Part shown: piece after piece, positions 59,801 to 64,000 of the stretch
Numbering within the stretch: position 1 is the stretch's first letter
Layout of the letters: every line of letters begins with the position of its first letter
From: Pavona decussata
Taxonomy: Eukaryota
DNA: 64,000 nt
Assembly (NCBI GenBank): GCA_977016875.1
Contig: CDRNST010000188.1
Location: forward strand, 2,480,001 to 2,544,000
Reading direction: 5' to 3'
Translations under genes and position numbers: made by a program
The notes under the pieces: model-generated
The model's database searches: none
Told to the model about the DNA's origin: nothing
The model's input: the letters and a program-made list of their open reading frames with translations, nothing else

Positions 59801-60970
59801 ACTTGTTGCTGCTTGTTGCTGCTATTCCTGTAGCCAGTAGTATACATACATGTAAATGTTACCTTTTCAAAAGTGTTCTTTGCTGGAATGTATTCAAGGA
59901 TCACTATCCTTCCAGAATCACTTCCAACTACCACATAATCTGCCAAGGAAAATTATATTTAACCGTTACTTATAATAAACAAGATTGGGCTAGTCGGCGA
60001 CTACAATTTAGCAAACAGCGATAACATTGTAACCTGTGGCCAGGTTTAAAAGGTTCTCTGCCTGGGTGGAAAAAGCCTTAATTTCAATTTGGTACAGAAA
60101 GTTTCTGGAATTACATGTACCAACTGGAACTTTAACTGAATGGTAAGTGCATCAGGAGTCGTATGGACACCCTCTTGTTGGAAACATTCAGTCAACATAA
60201 AGAGCATGACAGGAAACATGTCACCTTGTCAACTTGGGTGGGCACCCCATTTTCAATTTTCTGGCTTAGAATATATAGTACATTCAGGAGCTAGCTAAAT
60301 ACTGTTAGTAGTACTTACACTTCATGATCTACACAAACTTAAATGTAGATTTAAAACAATATCTCTAACCACTCACTGAGTGCTGGCTATCTCAAAGTTT
60401 GTTAAATAGCAATGATGTCAACCCTCTAGTTTCACTATAACCTGCTACTAATGAGTAACATAACCAATGAGAGACAACTTTCACTAACTATCACAATGGA
60501 TCAACTTAAGTTTGAAGTAGGACCAAGTCCTTGCTGTCTACTAATAATCCCAGTTATGCAAGATACATGCATGTGCCATTCAATATAATTATCATGAGAG
60601 TAAGACAAATGAAAAATCTCAGTCCTTGATGGAAAATTGTGACAGGCCTCCGTCCCAAATTTTCCATGTAGAAGTTATAACAGCTCATCCAATGATGATG
60701 AGTTTGATAAAACACTGTAAGGGCCAAACATGTCTGATACTTACCCTTTGATCCTCCAGTCAGTCTAAATGCGATCAGATCTCTGATCACACCAAACATT
60801 TCCATAGCTAATAAAGGAAACACTTTGCCAGTGTTGGGGTCAGGGCGCAGAAGTTCTATGATCTTTCCTCTTGAGATGACAATCTCCTGTTGTTTAGATC
60901 CGGAAAAATTGCCATGGATTGCATGATTGATGGTTGAAGCTTTTTGGAGGGTTAATGCGTACAGGTGCAT
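26785..60970 (-). CDS. SF3B3: Splicing factor 3B subunit 3 (SAP130/Rse1), 31 coding exons, 1217 aa
   Basis: Exons below sum to 3654 nt = 1217 aa + stop, the same length as human SF3B3. All phases are consistent and all introns GT-AG. N-terminus [23 protein letters not shown], internal [18 protein letters not shown]-terminus [14 protein letters not shown]. Confidence 0.98.
27657..27752 (-). CDS. SF3B3: SF3B3 coding exon 30
   Basis: [12 protein letters not shown]...[11 protein letters not shown]. Confidence 0.95.
28086..28190 (-). CDS. SF3B3: SF3B3 coding exon 29
   Basis: [13 protein letters not shown]...[17 protein letters not shown]. Confidence 0.95.
28350..29285. repeat. Degenerate interspersed repeat cluster in SF3B3 intron 28
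   Basis: ACGGCAACGACAACG ... CGTTGGCGTTGCCGTCGTGG inverted ends; 28410-28570 is diverged-duplicated at 29105-29270. Confidence 0.55.
29716..29901 (+). mobile_element. TTAA/piggyBac-like MITE family copy
   Basis: TTAACCTTTAAACCCCAAATATC ... AAGGAGAAATTTGATGCTGATCACT; related to the copies at 38538 and about 63640. Confidence 0.65.
30135..30278 (-). CDS. SF3B3: SF3B3 coding exon 28
   Basis: [37 protein letters not shown]...FTSRE. Confidence 0.95.
30462..30686. mobile_element. Palindromic MITE (AGAC.GCGAGCAGTC family) with flanking inverted arms
   Basis: AGCGACGGTATGACAAGACCGCGCGAGCAGT ... ACTGCTCGCAGTCTTGTCGCACCGTCGCT. Confidence 0.75.
30848..30946 (-). CDS. SF3B3: SF3B3 coding exon 27
   Basis: [33 protein letters not shown]. 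Confidence 0.95.
31396..31479. mobile_element. Very short palindromic MITE relic
   Basis: TAGTATCCTACGGAGCCGT ... ACGGCGGCGTAGGAGACT. Confidence 0.55.
31669..31741 (-). CDS. SF3B3: SF3B3 coding exon 26
   Basis: [24 protein letters not shown]. Confidence 0.94.
34830..35130 (+). repeat. Degenerate tandem-type repeat with a unit of about 115 bp (ATAAACAGCACCACAGGAAAG family)
   Basis: Two to three diverged units; related copies at 38880-39060 (+) and 3690-3890 (-). Confidence 0.65.
37525..38541 (+). CDS. Class A (rhodopsin-like) orphan GPCR, 338 aa, intronless CDS, nested antisense in SF3B3 intron 25
   Basis: Seven hydrophobic segments with AN(TM1), [12 protein letters not shown](TM2), C3.25...ERY(TM3), W(TM4), FLPF(TM5), GWFPY(TM6), NPLLY(TM7) and helix 8 DFKKAL. 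N-terminal sequons NLT and NVS. Good start context AAAAATGG. Upstream acceptor TTTTTGTATCCAG ending 37408. Confidence 0.95.
   Translation: MADVTRCGGNLTRENCDNVSLEMGRKGGAFLHETQTGIAVIVFLALQSVLIICANSLVFVLFISTKYLRTKTNYCLASLAASDLLAGLVSLPLVLICSTTLVPELCVSMDLCQRFLSISTILHLLVATSERYFKIKRPFKYNILVTKHRVVILLLGVWTVSCIASFIQLTWINIRGIRTERIEKFDTGYAIFCLVALAFLPFFVIACIDGHIFYFIHKEKKMRCALTQGKLLDKTDKQKRKKQNDRKAAIIYVIMTVTFVLGWFPYFILTLLFDLGYITSVFPFAADIVMVVLKFSTALINPLLYTFFKSDFKKALQEMLARDKSSEGSNEVLTTTVV
38538..38756 (+). mobile_element. TTAA/piggyBac-like MITE copy beginning at the GPCR stop codon
   Basis: Strong similarity to 63640-63835 (ATTCTCCTCAC..TTTCTTAT.GTACTAGTT.GGAG.ATTTATT.AAACATCAA..GTAAGGAGAAATT); ends ...GAATTAA. 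Confidence 0.75.
42211..42370. mobile_element. TA-flanked MITE
   Basis: TAGCCTGTGAACAGGCTCCCAAGTGGGGTATA ... TATACCCCAC..TTCACAGGCTA. Confidence 0.75.
42783..42971 (-). mobile_element. tRNA-derived SINE
   Basis: On the minus strand, A box GATGGCGTAGTGG and B box GGTTTGATTCCC, then GGCGTCATATGTGGGTTGAGTTT..TACTCCGGTTTTCC..AAATTCCAATTC. Confidence 0.8.
43150..43413 (+). repeat. TIR-element end with tandem TATTACAATTCACGACAG-like subrepeats
   Basis: Repeats ending CGACAGTACA; a diverged inverted counterpart at about 40650-40835. Confidence 0.6.
43720..43920 (-). mobile_element. Truncated second copy of the 42783-42971 SINE
   Basis: Shares GAATTGGAATTT.GAAA..GGAGAG.GGAAAAC.GGA.TA..CCGGAGA..AGAACCA.CAA.AAACTCAAC.CA. 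Confidence 0.75.
43934..44073 (-). CDS. SF3B3: SF3B3 coding exon 25
   Basis: KLPNFI...[10 protein letters not shown]...IFADDVNP; followed by the 12.2-kb intron. Confidence 0.95.
44110..44355 (+). repeat. Degenerate tRNA-derived repeat (not a tRNA gene)
   Basis: GATAGTTCAGTTGGTAGAGCACTGCACCGGTAT gives a D arm only; T arm and B box are missing. Confidence 0.55.
44669..44752 (-). CDS. SF3B3: SF3B3 coding exon 24
   Basis: [28 protein letters not shown]. Confidence 0.95.
45174..45215 (-). CDS. SF3B3: SF3B3 coding exon 23
   Basis: [14 protein letters not shown]. Confidence 0.92.
46222..46387 (-). CDS. SF3B3: SF3B3 coding exon 22
   Basis: VCVCNF...[16 protein letters not shown]...LEFVHK. Confidence 0.94.
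46995..47044 (-). CDS. SF3B3: SF3B3 coding exon 21
   Basis: [16 protein letters not shown]. Confidence 0.92.
47332..47487 (-). CDS. SF3B3: SF3B3 coding exon 20
   Basis: [24 protein letters not shown]...LDPIK. Confidence 0.95.
48115..48289 (-). CDS. SF3B3: SF3B3 coding exon 19
   Basis: [14 protein letters not shown]...KQQIAE. Confidence 0.95.
48345..48472 (+). repeat. Degenerate GGTTAG/TTAGGG-like hexamer tract
   Basis: Units such as GTTAGG, ATTAGG, GTTAGA, GCTAGG, GTTATG. Confidence 0.6.
48820..48974 (-). CDS. SF3B3: SF3B3 coding exon 18
   Basis: [26 protein letters not shown]...[14 protein letters not shown]. Confidence 0.95.
49334..49391 (-). CDS. SF3B3: SF3B3 coding exon 17
   Basis: [19 protein letters not shown]. 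Confidence 0.93.
49815..49879 (-). CDS. SF3B3: SF3B3 coding exon 16
   Basis: [21 protein letters not shown]. Confidence 0.94.
50310..50600 (-). CDS. SF3B3: SF3B3 coding exon 15
   Basis: [17 protein letters not shown]...LSMQALP...LNIGLS; donor TCT|GTGCGT. Confidence 0.94.
51025..51075 (-). CDS. SF3B3: SF3B3 coding exon 14
   Basis: [17 protein letters not shown]. Confidence 0.94.
51914..52018 (-). CDS. SF3B3: SF3B3 coding exon 13
   Basis: [35 protein letters not shown]. Confidence 0.95.
52495..52646 (-). CDS. SF3B3: SF3B3 coding exon 12
   Basis: [32 protein letters not shown]...DALLQ. Confidence 0.95.
52954..53026 (-). CDS. SF3B3: SF3B3 coding exon 11
   Basis: [24 protein letters not shown]. 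Confidence 0.94.
53709..53804 (-). CDS. SF3B3: SF3B3 coding exon 10
   Basis: [32 protein letters not shown]. Confidence 0.95.
54425..54568. other. Assembly gap (N run) in SF3B3 intron 9
   Basis: Run of N; the reading frame is continuous across it, so no exon is missing. Confidence 0.99.
54863..55028 (-). CDS. SF3B3: SF3B3 coding exon 9
   Basis: [19 protein letters not shown]...APVMSCQ. Confidence 0.95.
55833..55936 (-). CDS. SF3B3: SF3B3 coding exon 8
   Basis: [34 protein letters not shown]. Confidence 0.94.
56277..56351 (-). CDS. SF3B3: SF3B3 coding exon 7
   Basis: [25 protein letters not shown]. Confidence 0.94.
56605..56667 (-). CDS. SF3B3: SF3B3 coding exon 6
   Basis: [21 protein letters not shown]. 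Confidence 0.94.
56954..57208 (-). CDS. SF3B3: SF3B3 coding exon 5
   Basis: [10 protein letters not shown]...[13 protein letters not shown]...PIPRRK. Confidence 0.95.
57679..57845. mobile_element. Short TIR element (hAT-like termini)
   Basis: CAAGACTGTTGCCT ... AGGCAACAGCCTTG with three internal AGGAGCCCA repeats. Confidence 0.6.
58413..58585 (-). CDS. SF3B3: SF3B3 coding exon 4
   Basis: [15 protein letters not shown]...CLEMDYE. Confidence 0.95.
58761..59324. mobile_element. TA-target MITE nested in an older GTTCCAGAAAATATC-type element (about 58671-59428)
   Basis: TA|CATTACTTGCAAAAAATTT ... AAATTTTTTGCAAGTAATG|TA, with internal TTCGGAC repeats. Outer ends TGTTCCAGAAAATATC / GATATTTTTCTTGAACA. 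Confidence 0.85.
59566..59659 (-). CDS. SF3B3: SF3B3 coding exon 3
   Basis: [31 protein letters not shown]. Confidence 0.95.
59863..59939 (-). CDS. SF3B3: SF3B3 coding exon 2
   Basis: [26 protein letters not shown]; AG/GT bounded. Confidence 0.95.
60745..60970 (-). CDS. SF3B3: SF3B3 coding exon 1
   Basis: MHLYALTLQ...RLTGGSK; acceptor ATAG upstream (exon starts 60976); donor GTAAGT. Confidence 0.95.
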
Positions 60971-62722
60971 GGTGACCTATGAGAATAGAAACAGATGACT
61001 GAAGGCATGCATTATCAAAAACCACAAAAATGCTTGGGAAACAGTGGTTATTTTTGAAATTCTTAATTCTGTAATGTAAAGAAAAATTCAAAGTTTTATA
61101 CTGTCAATAAACTAGGGAAACTTCTACAGGAACTCTGAAATATCGCTAGTGGTGTTCAAAACTGATATGTAAAATTTATTTTCAGAACTCTAAATTCAAA
61201 TTTTAAAATACTGGTCAGGCACGATCTTAGGCTCAATTGGTACCAGTTAATGTTCAGGAAATGAGCCCATGCTCACCCCTAAAGAGTCAGATCAGAGGGA
61301 GCGACGAAAATCAAGCTTCGCCTGATCTAGATTGGCTGTACAAAACTACAGTAGTTTCATGTGACAAACATCCTGCATACTGCTAGGATTTGAATGTTGA
61401 TGCATCAGGTACAGTGTATACAGTCATGTAAATTGTTTCATACACCATTAAACATTTACAACACTGTACTAGTCCTTGGGGAATAACGTCACTTTATATT
61501 CGGTGCAGACTGTGTTAGGTAAAGATAAAGTGCAAAGCTATGTACTAAATAACTGGGATAATGTGACCATAGATCAAGAATGTATTGTCAACTACTGACC
61601 TATGGATAAGGAAACTGCATCTCCACAAGCTAAGTAAAGTAATGAATCACAACTTACAGTTATACACCGCATTTAAAGTTCACGTCACATGCCAGATTTA
61701 CAGATTCTTTCCAAATACATGTAATATTTACGACTCCCTCATAAATCAAACTGTCCTTTGTAATATTAAATGTTCCTAGAGTACAAGCACATTACTTTAC
61801 TGTATGTTGCCATTCAGTACTTAAAATTTTGTGTGATGCTTTATACTTCTAAGTGGGGTTTGATCTGTTAGAAACATACATTATGTGTTATAAAAATGCA
61901 AATTGGAGACTATCTGTTATAGAATGAATGTTACTTATGTTAAACCTGTACATGACCTGAATGATGGATTAATTAGGCATACATGTAACATTGGAGTGAA
62001 ATTACCTATTGACTGATTTATACAACTTTGTTGTAAGCAGCATACTAAAGGCAAGCTTAAGGCAAGCCTGTGATATTTATGTGAATAACTGTTTTGTGTT
62101 TAGTACAAACATTGCATGTAACATGCATTTTGGAACCCATTTCTCCAAACCCTATAACAATCACAGGAATAGATGATATTGAAAGAAGAGAGTTGAGAGT
62201 TTTATGTAATACAGGTAAAGTAACAGGCCACTGGGACTATACAACTCACATACCACACATGAACAAAAGTTGTAACGTCTGATTTACTTACCATAATAAA
62301 AGTGTGGACCTTAGCACAGCACTTCAGCAGTTTGCACTAAATACGAACTTAATAGCTTGTTTGACTTAGTATTGTACTTTATGTGAAGAAACAAAGTAAA
62401 CATAATGAATCAAACAAGCCAAATGAGAACTTTGGCTCGTTTCCTTGGTCAATAGGTAACAATATTATGGCTTGTAGTTTCCAGTTTAGCACACACAAAG
62501 GACTGGACGAAAGCTCTCAGATTTCCACAAATTTCCTTTAAAATTTTGATACATGCCAGTATTTATATAACTATTTCCACCATAAAGTTACTATTAAAAC
62601 GGTGCACTGTAGCTTGAACTACTTTTAAGTTTTACCAATAAAAACATAATTGATAGAACACCGACTACTGCATCCCCATGCATGCAAGGAACGTCAAACT
62701 ATTAAAAATCCAATCTACTTAC

Positions 62723-62880
62723 TTTCAGGAGCTAAGATTTTGAATATGACCAGACCAAGTGCTTTAAACACAGCTTCTTATTAAGGCTGTCCCAAAAGAA
62801 GCCGTATAACTTTTCTAGATCCTGTAAGATTCCAATAGCAACAAACAAGCAACTTAGATTTAGAAGAAAGCCGCCATTTT
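62723..62880 (-). other. SF3B3: Probable non-coding first exon (5'UTR) of SF3B3
   Basis: Coding exon 1 has a splice acceptor 6 nt before its ATG. A strong donor AAA|GTAAGTAG lies at 62722, next to a CpG-rich promoter-like patch. The 5' end is approximate. Confidence 0.6.
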
Positions 62881-62990
62881 ACGTTTAACGCACGTGCAGT
62901 CATGCGCGCTCGGTGTCATTTCTAATTATTAGAACCCAGTACCACTCGTTTACTTCAGAGAACAGGCGGAATATTCCAGCATGGCGGCTG
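62860..62990. promoter_or_regulatory. Putative bidirectional promoter between SF3B3 and the plus-strand gene
   Basis: YY1/TISU-like CCGCCATTTT at 62871-62880, E-box CACGTG at 62891-62896, NRF1-like CATGCGCGC, and ATGGCGGC at the plus-strand start; local CpG enrichment. Confidence 0.6.
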
Positions 62991-63432
62991 TTGCGAGAGG
63001 GGCTTGCAGATTCTTACCCCAAGTGTTTAACTTCTCCTCCAAACGAACAGTGCTATGCAGCCCCAGCGTTCAAAATAGACGGCTTCTGCACATTACAAGA
63101 GGACTTCTCGGAGGTAATAATGCTTTGATGATACAGCAATTCGCGAAGGTTTATAAATGCAATGTCTAAATATTGCGTAAAATCACTGGCCCTGGCAATG
63201 GATGGATTTTGACTGTGCTTGGTAAATTGTGTTATATGCGTTAGTTGCGTGTAAATCTCACTGGGATAACACAGCAAATACCGGAATCGCCCCTTCTTTT
63301 TAGTTTCATTGTACCATTTTAACTTGACGGGCTTAAAGTTAGGTAGGTAACTTTGGTGCAGACGCGCGTTATGGGCCGGATATGATGGCGCCGGAAGGGC
63401 ATCAACGCCGGGGACAACAGCAGTTAAAATCG
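62981..63432 (+). CDS. 5' part of an unidentified gene, probably a nuclear-encoded mitochondrial protein (exons 62981..63113 and 63362..63432; continues beyond window)
   Basis: MAAVARGACRFLPQVFNFSSKRTVLCSPSVQNRRLLHITRGLLG is Arg-rich and has no acidic residues, like a presequence. The phase-1 donor GAG|GTAATA joins in frame to acceptor TTTGGTGCAG, giving DARYGPDMMAPEGHQRRGQQQLKS, then G|GTAAAA. Confidence 0.65.
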
Positions 63433-63639
63433 GTAAAAAAGTTAACGTGTAGATACCTTCCTCTGGATGTTTTATTCTACCACGATGACCTGGATACAGC
63501 TGCGATAAGACTGCAAATTCAAGCTTATCTTTGTTATGTAATATTAATTCACATTAAGTAGTGTGTTTGATTAATTATTAACCAATTAATCCTAATGAAT
63601 AAATGTGTGGATAGATGTCTGTACAGAAGACACATTTCA

Positions 63640-63835
63640 TATCATTGAAATGTATATTCTCCTCACCATTAAAAATATTTTCTTATGGTACTAGTTAGGA
63701 GAATTTATTTAAACATCAAGACATTGTCCATAGTGATCATTCCCTTTATTCTCATCACCTGTATGTTTGATTAAGTATTAATGTCGTAAGGAGAAATTAG
63801 ATACTGCATGCAGCTGGTCACTATTGGAACTTCAA
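63640..63835 (+). mobile_element. TTAA/piggyBac-like MITE family copy
   Basis: Homologous to 38538-38756. Confidence 0.7.
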
Positions 63836-64000
63836 GCCATCCTGTTACAGAGGGCACCCAGTGGCAAAGTACTTATTAAAAAAATTGATGTTGTTTCCTG
63901 TAGCCCTGGGTAATTTTGTAGCCTTTTCAAAGGGATTATTGTATATCTGAAGACAAATGTGGTTAGTTTTTTTTTTATAGTTACAATAGTTTGAGGTGAC

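Noticed and set aside
26785-60970. U12-type (minor) introns in SF3B3
   Set aside because: No donor matches RTATCCTT; all are ordinary GT-AG.
26830-62720. Intronic C/D box snoRNAs (human SF3B3 hosts SNORD111/111B)
   Set aside because: Minus-strand TGATGA candidates (about 28270, 32900, 40885, 57330, 57885) lacked a properly spaced CTGA box and terminal stem by eye. An Infernal or snoscan search would be needed to exclude them fully.
63382-63432. Alternative first exon giving a cytosolic isoform of the plus-strand gene
   Set aside because: The ATGATG is in frame within a plausible internal exon 2, and nothing in the sequence shows independent initiation.

Overview
Eukaryotic (metazoan) genomic DNA, AT-rich, with spliceosomal introns and many short transposon relics. 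The repeat families resemble those I recall from stony corals or other anthozoans; this is an inference, not checked. Four protein-coding loci are supported. (1) A complete 5-exon SLC6 Na+/Cl- amino-acid transporter (minus, 2084-9269, 674 aa) with a greatly expanded, sequon-dense extracellular loop 2. (2) A complete SF3B3/SAP130 spliceosomal gene with 31 coding exons (minus, 26785-60970, 1217 aa, all introns GT-AG). (3) A class A GPCR with an intronless CDS (plus, 37525-38541), nested antisense in the 12.2-kb intron of SF3B3; its stop codon lies on the terminus of a TTAA MITE. (4) The first two exons of a gene with a mitochondrial-presequence-like N-terminus (plus, from 62981), head-to-head with SF3B3. 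Intergenic and intronic DNA holds MITEs, fold-back palindromes, tRNA-derived SINEs, a Penelope-type palindrome with decayed hammerhead cores, a decayed transposon-like ORF and two assembly gaps. I found no CRISPR array, rRNA or intact tRNA. I cannot demonstrate a wholly new system. The best leads are the nested GPCR with atypical ligand-pocket and disulfide features, the expanded SLC6 loop, the decayed ORF, and an apparent CpG-depletion boundary inside SF3B3.
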